DNA from: Yuukianura sp. NJ FZ-2021
Lineage: Eukaryota
Length of the DNA: 64,000 nt
Assembly (NCBI GenBank): GCA_046563655.1
Contig: CM102290.1
Coordinates: 2,728,001-2,792,000 of the forward strand
Reading direction: 5' to 3'
The translations under genes were made by a program, and so were the position numbers. The notes below the pieces were generated by a model. The model did not search any database. It was given only the letters and a program-made list of their open reading frames with translations, and was not told where the DNA came from. Below are positions 49,327 through 63,097 of the stretch, piece after piece (within the stretch, counting starts at the first letter, position 1; each line of letters starts with the position of its first letter).

Positions 49327-52300
49327 GGCGACAAGAGGCAGAAATGTTAGAATCGGAGTCTAAAATCAACAAAAATTTTGATTTATTTCGTTTTCAAAAT
49401 TTTCAAGTAATTTTTTGATTAAAATGATTGCAACTTGGTAAACAGAAGATGAAGTGCTCATGTGCCCTTGTTTGATCAGATCAGAACCACCTACTTTCAC
49501 TTGCGGCTTGTGAGTAATTAATTAGAATGTTTCAGAGAAACTGATGAAGTTAGGTTTGAGCTTCAAGGGAAACTCTAAAGATGCTACAAAATCCTGTACA
49601 AGTTCTTTTCAGAAGATTCTGTGGCCCAAAATCCTCTTACTCCCAAAGTTCTGGTAGGTAAGTACTGCGGGATACAATGTTATTAGGAAGCGTAACTAAG
49701 GCTGGAAGCAATTGGGAAAGCACGTTTTAGTGTGCAAGGAGATAATGACTTGTTCTTAAGTGATTGATGAAATTCTGTTCTCTCCATGCCACAATTCTGA
49801 AGATTAGGCTGCCCATGTCCGTGATCTACGCTATTATCTTTACAACTTTACTTTTTTATTCTGGAAAAATCAGATCACAACTTTTATAACTTTCATGTTA
49901 TCAACCCAAGTACAAAGTTTGGATTATCCGGGAGAAAAGTAAAGTAGGGAGAGAGGTAATAATCATAATTCAATTTCATCACAAATTCAAAAGTTTTTCA
50001 AGGATTGTGAAACCTTGTACAAGATAAAATTTAATTTCAGCAGAGCATTTTTCTTCTGCAAAGAATTTCAGAAAGAATTGCACCTTCATATAAACTTTAT
50101 GTCCAAATTTTTACAATCTTTTGCACAAACTTTTTGTTCCTTTCTACCAAAATTATCACTTTCTGAACTTAACTAATCTGAAAGCTGTCAGTAGAGAAAA
50201 TTTCACCAAAACTCGTGTCATCGAAGCGCCATCTAATGTTGATCGAATTCATAATCATAACTTTATCATTAAAAACTAATCAGACAGCTTAGTTGTTAAT
50301 TAACACCAAGTTTTATTTACCTAGTTTTATATTATCACAAAAAATTGTCTTGTAAGAAAAAATTTTGAATTCTAAAACATTAGACCAGGTTTTTCTTCGA
50401 AAAATAAAAATGTCACAATTCAAAAGTGTCAGAAATAAAAATAACGTGTATCCGCAGCTTTGGTGTGTTCACTTTTAGTTTGTAGTTACAAAAATAACCT
50501 TGCTCCATTGTGCAAGTTTTGTGCCAAAGTGTCAAAAGTTAAAATTGGTTTTTTGTATACCAAAGCCAAAAGCGTGCCACTTGATTGCTCAATTTTCATG
50601 TCAATTCATGACACCTTATGAATGTACTGGCAATTTTTTTGTACAATTCTTTAGAATAATTGCAATTAACAATTTGCATAATTCTTGCATTGTGTAAGTT
50701 GCCCAAAATTGACTGATTGTGCCGCCAATTGTTAAATATAATGGTTAAATCTAAACTGAATTCTATAAAAAATAAATCCTGACGCAGAAATGCCCGAATT
50801 CTGCTTTCTTTAAATTTTGAATTTTGAAAACTTTTGCTCTGTTTGAAGAACCAAGGTATATTTTTCGGTTCGGTTACGGAGGTGATTATGCGGGTTGATG
50901 CTGCCTTGGTAAATTCTGGAACTTTGCATGCAGCAGCATAGAGAGGTATTCATTATCCATTAACTAATGAAGGAGGAGAAAGGAGCAAGTGAAAGTTGGA
51001 GTAAGCATGATTAATTGTTGAAAAACGTAGGGATCAGTTTCCAAACGGGAAATGCATCTCCAATTTCTTGGTGATCTTTCTAATTGACATCTTCTCGGGG
51101 ATTGGCAGGAGGGTGGGACTTTTAAAAAACGTACTTTAGAAGATTAACGTCTACAAAAACTGAAATGACCGAGTCAAAGTAATAGGAATTGACGTTCTGA
51201 ATTTGACGGGGTCGCAATGACCCAATGATTGATGACCCAAGAGGTCATTTCCTCTCTTATCATCAAAACCAGTTTCAGTAAAAGCTACAACATCATCACT
51301 CAAATAACTTTTGATAGGTGGAAACACGAGGAGTGGAAGTACTATTATTTCTACCAAGAAAAATGTTGACATCTTACTAACTTGAAACATGAAATTAGAA
51401 CATATACTGAAACTTACAAGCGATTGAGTATGGTGGTATAAAGTGGAAAAAATGAAAATTGAACAATAACATGGAAAAGCGTTTGCGTTTTATAACTCAA
51501 AATCATTAGCCATTTGAAAATTTTCTTTTTTGTTTAGCTCAAAAGCATATTTTTAGTCAGATACTTTGTTTCACTAAATACTTTATTTCTGCCTTGCTTG
51601 AATTTTAAGTTATTGATTTATGTTAAGTTTGTTCAACATCGACTCTTAGAAGCAATAAGTAACTAAGGTTAAAGTAATGAAAAATTTCAAATTTGACAAA
51701 AGAATGGATGGAGAAAGTGTTGATTTGTCAGGAAAAATCACAACTTTCCATCCAGTTGACCAGCAGAACAACACAGAATCCCTGTCACTTCCTTATTAAA
51801 TGAAAATCTTGTCCTTTCAAATCTACCTTCTTACAAAAAAGTCAAATTAAATTGAAGCTTCTACAAACCAAAAAAAAATTTTTCGGAATAACCATTTTTT
51901 TGCATTATTGAATGACAAACTCAATGCTTTTTAAAACAGTTTCGCCAATATTACTTTTACTCTTTCCTCACGAAAAGGGTTCACTGACACCCAAAACCCA
52001 GTCTGGGCATTTAAGTTATCAGTGTGAATGGGATCACCTCAGTAAGTAAATACTATCCAATAACTTATTTTTAAAATTTTGTATGAATTTTGATGTAAAA
52101 GATTTGGAAACAAGTTGCTTGTACTTCTGCAGCTTCATATTTTAGAAACCTTTAAAATTTAAAAATTTTGGAAGCCAGAAACACTGACCTTTTGAAAGAT
52201 TTTTCATTTTGTACAGGAAATCCTCATGAATAATGTATGTTTCAAATCCTTTTAAATTTTCACAAAAATCTCTAAACTCGTTCATTTGAAATTTAATTTT

Positions 52301-55300
52301 TCAGAGAAAATTCTACAGTGCAGGTGAAGCCGTTTTAGAACTTCACTTAAGAACTTTATGTGTAGGCTTCAATCTCTAAATTTCAAGTTTTCAAATTTTG
52401 ACAAAATAGCGTTACCTGTACAGTGTTTGATCGTTGCACGTTCGTACACTTCGGCAGAGACTGAAAGTTTGAAAAACACTTTCAGCAAGTCCTTAAGAAT
52501 GACGGTCTTAAGTTGTTGGTTGAAATTGAATCAAGTTGACATTATTTGTCGGACCATGTCGCAAAACTTTTTATCGGAAATCAACTTGTTTTTAGATAAA
52601 ACCAATTTCAAACAAAGGAATCATGACATGAAGGTAGTCGTTTCTCCAAAAACAATTTTCCTTTAACCTTTCAACATTCACTTTTCAATTAACTATTCAC
52701 AAAGGTCAGTGACCTGCAGCCTGCGTCTCGTGTCTCTTTCAATTAAATTTTTTTTTCAAAATCAAACTAATTTTTCACTGTCCACTTTTCGATTAAGTGT
52801 TTCAAAAATTGTCAAACTGGAAACCGATACTGGGCGTACTGTAGGAAAAACCTTGTTTTCTGATTACACAGGGTTGAAAAAGTATAGTGAAGACTTTGTT
52901 GTAGTAGCTCCAAGAAAGCCAACTTGAGGATTATTATGTTTTTTGAAACTTACTGAGGTTTTTTTTTTTTTGGAAAATCGAGAATTTTGGCGGTAGAGTT
53001 TTGAAACAGTTTTGCCGAGTGGAACCGAATGGAAGTGAGAGGTGGTGGTGTACCGGCGGAGAGCTTCAGGTTCCTTCTGTGTCTCCTTGGAGCAAGTGAG
53101 GAACCTGATTTTCCTCGTAGAAAGTAAAAGCGTATTGCAGGAGAAAGTTCCGCTAGGTTTGCTGCTGAAGAGGCAAAGATGATGTTGGTAGCGGAGCGCT
53201 TGGAACTTGGGCTGGAGCAGACACTAGCACAGGGACATATGTCCAGAAGACTAGCCAACGCTTGCGTCTCCTTTTCTAAAAACAACGAGGCCACTGCCGC
53301 TGCTTTCACTTTCAAGAGCTTCCTAGCAGCTCTTCAAAGTTTTTTTCATTTTGAAAAAAGAAGCCTCAAAACCCCTTCAGCCACCAGCTTGATTCCTCTG
53401 ATCCTTTAGTATGATCCAACGCACTTGAATTCAAACAAATTCCATTGATAAAACCATCTTCAATCAAAAGAATTCCCGTCGAGCAGTTTCAAAATTTTCA
53501 ATTTTTTAGACCAAAAAAATTCTTATTCAAAATTTGAACAAGTTCAAAGCAGGTCGTTGTATCACCTCAAACATCAAAGGCTCTTTTTTTCTTCTAAATA
53601 TCGGATGAAAGTTTGCAAAGATGGATTTACTCCCAAAACGTGTTTAGGGGGAAATCACATTTCAAATAAAAATGATAACATTTTTTTGAAACTTTTATTC
53701 CCGGTTTTTGCTCATTTAGGAACGAACTGGCCTACCTTAAATTATTAAGCAGAGGCCTCTAAGCCAGGAAAGATAAGTACTTTCTTCAAGTCCTTATCAT
53801 GTCCATCTCTCCACTTCAGTACAGTCCGTAATGGCGGGAAAAGAAAATGTTGTGGCAAATTTAAAAAAAAAACAAAAACGCAAAAACGCGAGATTTTGGC
53901 GAAGGATTTTGAATGCTAATCAGACGCGCTGCCTTTCGTTACTTGCTGAACCAAGGCGAGACTTTCCCCTCCCGTCGTCTTTTTGTTAATGATTTATTTC
54001 CTTTGAAATAGAAAGGAAGAATAGGACATGAGAAAGCGGGTTGTGCCAGACATAACGTGAACTACGTTTGGTAGTACTAGAATTTAGGAATTCCGACTAA
54101 ACGCAGGGTTCAACTGTAGTAACTTGACCTAGAATTTTAGGATTCTGGGATTCTAAATTTTTAGAGCCCTGCAGGAAATATTCCAAGTCCAGCTAAACAG
54201 AGAGACCAAACGGCTAGAAAACCACAGTGAAAGCACTTTTAATTATCCCGTGGCTCCATTCCTCATGTGCATTTCATTACTTTCTCTTGGAATTCTTTCT
54301 ACTTCCAATTATAATGGCAGGCTATAGTCTTCTTTTTAGAGAGATTTTTTAAATGTGCTTTTTACGCCAAAATATCCCGCCAACTACGTTTTTAAATTAG
54401 CTTTTTTTCTAAGCTTCCACTTTCTGCTCTCGCACTTGTAACGCCAAAAAAGGCTTAAAAGCACCAATGACGCTGAAAAGTGTTTCGAAAGTACCGCACG
54501 GAATCTCCATATTAAAACGAGTTGACAAAGACAAGTTTGAGTCAGTGAGGAAAATGAGGAAAAAGCGTGTCCGAAGGATTTTTCCAGAGTTTATGAAAAA
54601 TTGAAGACACGGAAAGGAAAGGACGTGAATAGAGATGAGATGACTTTACGTTTTCCAAACTCCTGCACCAACTACCTAAGCAGTTCTAACCTTAGCAGTG
54701 TCCTTGTTAAGCAATGTCAGCAAAAATGAGTTTTTAGGAGCCAAAAGTAAGCAGTAAGGTGTAGACTGGAGGTGAATTTTAAGCTTTAGGTCAGAGCTGT
54801 TTGTCATGGGCTTTAATTCCGTAAAATTTAAGCATTAGATTAACACCAAAAAGTCGCATTTTTTACTAAATTCATCTAACTCAAAACTATGAAGTGTGTT
54901 TTTTAAGGCAAGTTTCAAATGTTTCTGCTTTTTTTTTGTTGGGGGAGGGGTTGAGGGTTTCGGATTGTGCGTTATAATTTGACATGGAATTTTCATTTAG
55001 GCAGAGTCATTATTAGGGTTGTGGTTTGCATGAGAGAGAAAGTAATAGTTTCTCATTCGTATCGAAATGGAGAGAAATGTGGTTAGAGGGATGAGGTGTA
55101 ATTAGGTTTTGAACAGCGGTGAACTCTTTTTAAACGAGCTCTGGAATTTATGAGTTGGATTGACCTGGTTTGACCCGTGTTCCATTTCGTTTTGCTCAGG
55201 TATTGACAAACGGCTCAAATTCAAATTGAAAATTTCGCTTAACCTACCGTGAACTCTTAAGTTGTAGTGGACAAAGCTTTGATTTTGAGAGGAAAAAATT

Positions 55301-58300
55301 CAATTGCCAAAATGATATTCTGGTTTCTCCGCCTCTTTTCGAGGACAAAACTTGAATTGAATCCAAGAAAGTTCACAGGCTCTCGACCTCTTTTGTCGTG
55401 CTTTGTGGCAAGAGTTTTGTCGTATAGCAGAATAGTAAGTTGGACAAATTAGAAAGTCCCTTGTGGTAACGTGCACGACATTCCGCTTCTTCCAGGACCT
55501 CCTCTTTACCATCTTAGCATGAATTATGGGCACTGGAGTGCCAGTTCGAGTGGAGTTAAACAAAATTATGTAGTTGAATAAGCTATGCTATGATCAGAAG
55601 CAGAAACTAGCCAAAGCACTGACTAGTCTAACTGAGACTAGGTTTATTTGCCACGATTAGGCTTCTGATCGCTTTTACAGCTCAAACTGTTTCCATTAGC
55701 AGCTATCAAAGTATATTCAAAGTCCTTTGAAAACGAAGTTTGTTTGAAGCTAAGATTTCATTTGAAGTTTTAAACCGAGTTCTAAAAGACTTCTGCAACC
55801 ACTTTTGAAGTGGTCTATAAAACCACTGAAAAACGTTGTAGTTACTACAAAAACTAAAACGTTGTAGTAGGTGTCACATTTTTTGAACTGGGAGTTTCTT
55901 AAGTATGTTTGGGGGAAGGTGGGCCGTAGATACTTGTGAGCTCAAGTGGTAAGCTTCACCTGAAAAGCTGTAAACATGAAGGAGGAAAGGCTGCATAACA
56001 CAAAGTAAATATTTGTGCATGGATTTTCTCTACAGTGAAAGCAAAGGGAACTGACTCTGACCTCAAATTGGCTTCGAGCAAAGGAACGAGAAATCCCTCA
56101 TGAATAATTGCCCAGCTCTGACTTCACTCACTTTCACCCTCCCCTCAGTCTTAATCAATCTGCTTTCACTACACTTTTTCCAGCAACATACTAAGGTGTA
56201 CACCTACGATTAACCTAACCTGTAATTTACATCAAAGTCACTAAAATTACATAAACTAGCCTTAGCAATGTACTTATCTACCATAATAATTTATGTAGAA
56301 TCAAAACGTTAACGTAACAAAACTCGAAATTCATTGTGGTACAAAAAGTGTGGGTCGTTGGAAAAATTTGTGGAAGAAGCGAAATGATATTTTCAGTGTA
56401 AACTTGGGCGAGTTAAAAAACATGTTTTGTTTAAAAAAGAATCAATTTTGTTTCATTTTTTTGCTTAGTCTTTTGTTTCACTCAAAGTAAACAATATTTA
56501 TATTTGTCAAAATAACACCAGAAAAAGGAACTTGAGCATCAGTTTTAAATTGAAAAACGGGCAAAAAATTGAAGAGCTGCCGCGTGCTCCCTGTGGCGAT
56601 GTGTCGTTCATGTATTTGGTTTGTACTGTTGTGTGTCTTGTTTTTTGTATCGTCAAACCTTCCAGAAAAAAAACGGAAGAAGAAAGTTTGGCCGCTGGCG
56701 AAAGTAATGTACTGTTCCTTCGTAAGGTGGAATTATATTTTCCCGCGTGTCAAGTTCCTAGAGTGAGTATCTTCTGCTCAAGATACAAGTTGGTTTTCTC
56801 TTTGGGGAAGAACATAATGTTTTCCTTAGGAAAATATAATTGAGTGGAGTCGTGCTTCACTGCTTCAGTCATCTTGAAGCTCAAAAACTGCACGAATACT
56901 TGCCACTGTCACGGAGGTGCTAAAAACCTTTCAAGTTTTTAAAACTGACAAAAATTGTCATTTCAGGAGTATGTTCGTTTTCGGAAAAATGTTATAAAGA
57001 TGCGTTCGAGTTTGAAAAACAAAGAATTCAATGCTGTTGAGTCCCTTACAGGAAAAGGGGATCCAAAAATTTCAAATTTTGAACCATGCTATTTCGAAAA
57101 ATTTCTTTATTGAAAATTTTTGTTATGACTTGATTTTTATAAAAATTTTCAAATGAAATCGAAAGTCTTGAATTTTTCCAATTCTTGGCATAACTCTGTA
57201 AATTTTGAACAAAATTTTACTCTTCAAAATTGTTTTGCCTAAATTTTTTTTCAAGCCTTTTGTCATGTTTGCTATTCAGTCGCACAATATTAAAAGCTGA
57301 GTTTTTATTGAACCGTCGACTTTTCTGACAAATCATGATGGATCATATTGTATTACTTTCTTGGCCACTTTTACGTTTGAAATTTGAGATTCATCTTTTT
57401 TGTTAACCTGTGTTCTGTCTAACCTTTGTAATTGATTGCAGTTTAACTAACCTAACCTATCCATTTTCTTCAAAGATGTAAAATGTCAACGTTACATTTA
57501 GAAAAAAAAAGTGATTTAAAAGCTCGCTTTTTTGTTGGAAAAAGACTAGACAAAAAACCTGATTTGCTTTTTTCTTCGACAAACTTGATGTCAAAGAGAA
57601 AGTTCTACACTATGTTTCAGAAGATTTTTCAAAAAGCGTATCCCGACGGCGGCAAAACGCTGCTGAAGGGTTCCAGAGCTGAAAGTTAATTTCTTTTTGG
57701 AACACGGTGTGCTCATCATTGAACTTTCCAATTTTTCGGCAAGGAAGCGAAAATTCCTTTCTTCTCGTTTGACTCATTATCTGGACAATAGATGCGGAAA
57801 AGAATGAAGAAAAAATGCGACTCTGAGAAGTAGCACGGTGTTAAAGGCAGACAATGGCAAAAAACACGGAAGGTTCGCGGACTCCAAAAAAACCGAAAAA
57901 CCGCGTTTTTTTTCTCTCCTCTTTTCCGCGAGTGCCGTTTACGAACGGCAGTGATGGTGAGTAGTGCACGGTTAGTTTGAAACCGTGGATTGCTATCGAT
58001 TCTCTTAGCAGTGGTACCTAAAGCCTAACTTTCTCTTCGAAAAGTGTAACGCAGTAAAGAAGAAGATGGTTAGGCATCCTTAAGTGTTCGTATTATTACT
58101 TGCCTCCCCCCTTTGCAAACATTCTCATCATCAAGTTCCGTCATCCACTGCGACGACCACGGCAGTTCTCAAGCCATTACTACATTCCAAGAAAAGCAAA
58201 CAGAAAATAATAATCCACTTTTCGGCGAGTGCTTACTCTTATTTCAAATTCTTTGTTACCAATGCCGAATACTGCTGTGAAAGTGAACGGAACAGGAAAG

Positions 58301-59217
58301 TAGATAGTACTTAGTCAATTTCAAGTGAAAGTTGATTTCACTTTTCACCATTTTTCCTACTCAAGACAAGACAGGATACAGAATGAGAGATTTATTCCCT
58401 TCCAGTATCTCACGCTATCACGACTTTCTTGCGAAAAAGAATAACTTTTCCTTTAAATTGTGGTTTTTACGTTAGGTTTTTATGTTAGGCTACTCTATGC
58501 AATACGTTTAAGACTACGGGCACTAGTGAGTTGAGGTTAACATGCTACAGATGCAGAGGGAAAGTGAGACCAAATCTAAAGTTGAATTTTGAACATTTCC
58601 GTGAAAAAAGTGAGGAAAAGGAAAGTTGATTTATTGCATATTTTGAGACTTTTCATTTTGAGAGGAGGAAATACTATGAGAATAACAACCCAATTTTTTT
58701 CGAATTTGAAAAAAGAAAATTGGAATCCGCTTTAAGCCGGGTGTAGACCCCTTTTGTTTGATTCTAATTTTCGCAACAAAAGTGGCTCTTCGCCTCTCCC
58801 GTGAAATTTGATTCTTGGGCCATAAAAATGTCCTCATGTTCATGCATTAGTGTCTTTCCTTCTTTTTGAAACGGTGGCGGTGGTTCTGAGAGGGTGGGCC
58901 CTCCGTGGTCCTTGGCTGAATGGGATAATATTGGCAGAGGGACTGAAGCACACTTTCTCCGCTTTCACCAGCACTTTCTCCTCCTGTCCGGGCATAAAAG
59001 GCACGACAGGGATTCCGCCTCTATTCAGTCCGAAGCCTCCACTCCAGCCAAACAGAGGTACCAAAATTCAACCTAACGAATCTTAGGCACCAAACCACAC
59101 CGAAACCAACTTTCACTTCACCAGAAAATCCTTCAATCACCTTAGACTCCCTTTTGTAATCAACTAGGAGAAGACTCGACGGTGCCCAAGGGCTACCACC
59201 ACCACTACCGTTTCAAA

Positions 59218-62200
59218 ATGGTAAGATTTATATTGTTTCTCTGCAAATAAAAATATTCTACTACACTTCAAGGCAAAATATACCTTTTCATGTTATATCC
59301 CAAAAATGCAAACTAACCTTTTCATGTTTCTATTTCCAAACTTTGGCCTAACAATGCCTTACTAACTTAACAAAATACGTTTCCAAACATTGCCGAACTT
59401 AATCTAATGTCGGCGAACCGGAGTTTAACATGTGTTAGGCTATGGACAGGCATTGAAATTGAATAACTAAGAAATTATTTGCAAATGGAAACTAGTTTCT
59501 CATCAATCAAGTTGTTTATTAAAACGGGACTCTCCTCAGCTTCGGAAAATTATTAGTGAATGAATTTTTTGTACGTTCTAGACTTCTTTACCTGTCATTA
59601 CACGATTAGTTCCATTTTTTTGTTTAGTTTTGTTAAAAACTAAAACCTAACATTGAAAAAACTTTCTCCAAGTCTAAAAAGCTTTTCAGTCATTTTAATT
59701 TGTTGAAGTTAAATGGTAGGAACGGATGTGCAAAGTTTCTGTGAAAAGCAAAAAGTAAGTGGCCATAGCTTTGTTCTCCTGTTTCACGTTTGTTATACTT
59801 AAGGTTAACTGATGGAATGATTCTGAAATGTGAAAGTAATTGAGGAAAGATGGGATTCAAAGAAGTGGTGTTTTTTTCTATAATGTCTCCTTTTTTGTGT
59901 ACTTTCAGTATGGATTCGTCAACTACGCCTTGGAACTTCTCGTCCTCCGCAATTTTGGAGAAGAAACTTGGGAGAAAATTAAGTAATTTGAATAAAACAT
60001 TTCATTCTAAGCTCCTCTCTCCACTTTGCATCATAAAGAAAATGAAGGTAGATTTTGAAACACGCGGAAATTTCGGTTCGAGAAGGGAAGAGAAAGTTTC
60101 GGCAACAAAATTTAAACAAATTTCTTAACTTGGCCCAATACGGCATTACTCGAAAAACTTAAAACTTTTCCAAACTTTTAAATTTGCCGGAGAAAAGGAC
60201 GAAAAAAAATTGTTAAACAAAGTTACTAAGCATCTTTTCCCTCTTTTTTGAATTAGCGAAAAGCGCGTGCGTGTGGAAGTGAGTTTGCGCAGATATTTTT
60301 TTCTAAACTTGAGTATTTTCTAAAGTTCTGAAGTTGTATGCTGAATAAGAAATGCAAGATTGTTTTCATTTAATCTGTATCTTCGTGTCAAAATGTAGCA
60401 GTTGATATTTTAACATTTTCCGGCCCCTTTCAAATTTCTTTTGAAATTACAACTCTGGCTCGAAACTACTATTTAGCATGTTCTTTTAAAAGTTTTTCAG
60501 TAACTTCTGTTCTGCGTAAGTTTAGATACTTTTCAAAAGCAGAATAGGAAATAACGAGTTCTAGAGCTCCATATATTTATTGCTTATGGCAATTTTTATC
60601 TACATGATAAAGTAAAAGTTTCACGAAAGGCAAACCGCCAACTTTTCAGAAAAGAAGAAATGGAAAGGTGGGAACGCGGAAAGTTCAAAATTGTATTTTT
60701 GTTCCCTATGGACCAAATGAATGAATATTTAATTTACAATTCCCCGCCCTTCCTTCCCTCCCTTCCGCACTTGTTGCAAGGGAGACTTTGACTTTCTGTG
60801 ATTTTTTCCAACTTATATTCTTTGCCCTGCTCGAGCAGAAAATCCAGGACACATTTTTACTTGTCAATTGTCACTTTTTAGTCGGCACGAGTATAAGTTA
60901 GTTAACAAAGAACAGGAACGAAAAAATGGAGTTACAACAGAGCATCTAGAGCCTTCCTGGATTGTTTTCCCCGCGAATTAAGAAAATTTTAAAACAAGAG
61001 TTTTTGGTGCGCATGCGTCCCAGCAAAGCTGCAGGGACACAAGCATTATTTACTGGAAATCTTTTGTTTAAAGTGTTATATTTTTCCCCGTAAAAGTTTA
61101 TTTTTTTGTTCTGCAAAGTGATGCAAACCAAGTAACACTTTAAAAGTGCGGATACCCCAAACCGGTAAACACGGATTACGAAACCTTGTTTCATGGTTGC
61201 TAGAACTCGTTCATTACAGACTTTATGGATTAAGTTCTTCCGTGACAGGCTGTGCGCGGAAAGAGGTCCAAGTGTTATGTCATCACGAATGTTTGCACAT
61301 TGTATGAACAACTTTTTTTTTTAAAAAAAAAGACTTTTCCTCCCATTTTATTGCTCAATTTTTTAAAAGCTGTTTCATGTCTTTCAATCCCACTTACATT
61401 GTGAAAACACTTTCGTTTTAAGGAAGGAAGCGGAAGTTGTGATGGAGGGTCAGTTCCTTGTGAGACAGATTTACGAGGACGAGTTGACGTACAACATCGT
61501 GGGAGCAGCAACGAAAGTCCTAAGTAAGTCCTTGTTTGTATCCTCCGGAACTTTTTTTTTTTTAAAATACGAATTTGAAGGTATTACTGAAGCCTGTTCT
61601 GCCTCTCAAAAATTCATCTCCATTGCAACCAAGGTTTGTAAACAAAAAAAATAGTTTTTTCTTCAACAGGTTAGGCAATAACTCAAGCGTTTTAAATTTT
61701 GTTTAAAAATTAGCAAAACTTGGTTCACCATGCCTTCCTATTGTAATGATTTATATGCAATCAAATGGGATTGGGCGAAAATTGGGCAAAAAAATTGTTT
61801 GGAGCGAATTTTTTCGTAAACAGGACTTATTGCTTAACCTTATGAAGCAACGGTTGCTATAGAAACCTTGATTGCAACTTTCTTTCGTTATGCCACCATC
61901 CACCCATCAAATCCACTTTAATTATAATTTAACTCTCCTCCACTTCATTTATACAAATTCCTAACTAGTATATCCGAAGTTTTGTATGATGGAGATGGAT
62001 CTCCTCCACGCAAAACCTCGGATTGAGAAAACGGCCCGTCTATAGATACTAGATACATAGGTAGTTTCTTTAAAAAATTTAAAAGAAAGAACAAGAAAGA
62101 CAATTTTCCCAACGTTTCTTAACACGAGAAAATCCTCTAATGAAAAGATGGCTACAAGTTTGTCCAGAAAAGGTCGACAACTTATTTATGCAAAATAAAA

Positions 62201-63097
62201 TTCAATTTCCTTTAAACTTTTCTGTCCATTTCTTTTCTGAGTTTGAGCATAATAAAATTTTTCAAATGGAAAAATGAAAAAGAACGCAGTAGGCACAATG
62301 TTATTGGAATCCTTTCAAAAATATTCAACCGTACAATTAAATTTTGTCTACTTTTCTGTGAAAAAGAATTCAAAAAACATTTTTTACCCAAGTTTCTTTG
62401 TTAAAAGCTGTTCCGTTTGAACAAGCTTTCAGAGATTCTTTGAGTCGCTACACCTTCTGACATTTCCATTTTTTCTGCTTGTACTAACTCTTTACAGTGA
62501 AAGCATTTTTGACTTTGTAGAGAATAATTCTTGTGCTTTCAAAAAAAAATTCTTTCTTTTTTGAAAAAAAAAACACAACAGCTTTCCTTCCGTTTTGGGT
62601 AAGGTTAAAAGGAAGAGTTGGATAGCCTACCTTTTGCTCTAAACCAACCAAAAAGAAAAGCCAGAAAATACTTTCGTAATGAAATGCTTTGGGAAGTGAC
62701 GGACTGCGAAAGTTTTTACTTTTGTTAGAAGTAAAAATTCCTTGTTTTTTAAATTCTAGATATCCCCGCTCAGGCCATTCTGGAACTTTTTGGCAACATG
62801 TTCTTCGAATTTTGTGTCGAATCTGGATATGATAGAATTCTTCAAGTACTGGGAGCGACGCCTCGTGACTTTCTGCAGGTAATTCCAAAAACACGAAAAA
62901 TTATTACTTGGTCTATACTTCATTTGAACATGTTTGAACAGAATTTAGACGCACTACACGATCACTTGTCAACAATTTACCCTGGAATGAAGGCTCCTTC
63001 ATTTCGATGTACAGAGAGACCTGAAGATGGAGGACTCGTGCTTCATTACTACTCTGATAGACCTGGACTCGAGTCCATTGTGATTGGAATTGTGAAG
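59218..63097 (+). CDS. Gycbeta100B: Soluble guanylate cyclase beta-1 subunit (GUCY1B1 / Gycbeta100B type), 5' part; continues beyond the window
   Basis: Exons 59218-59220 (ATG only), 59909-59982, 61423-61523, 62760-62878, 62942-63097. Protein [26 protein letters not shown]...[11 protein letters not shown]...[28 protein letters not shown]...APSFRCT...HYYSDRPGL is an H-NOX domain with His105 and the Y135-S137-R139 motif. Confidence 0.96.
61630..61870. mobile_element. hAT-like MITE (CAAGGTT family) with perfect 8-bp TSD
   Basis: caaggttt...aaaccttg termini flanked by attgcaac at 61622-61629 and 61871-61878. Confidence 0.8.

Noticed and set aside
58840..59086. Overlapping short ORFs just upstream of sGC beta
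   Set aside because: No homology; GC-richer 5'UTR/promoter sequence explains the open frames.
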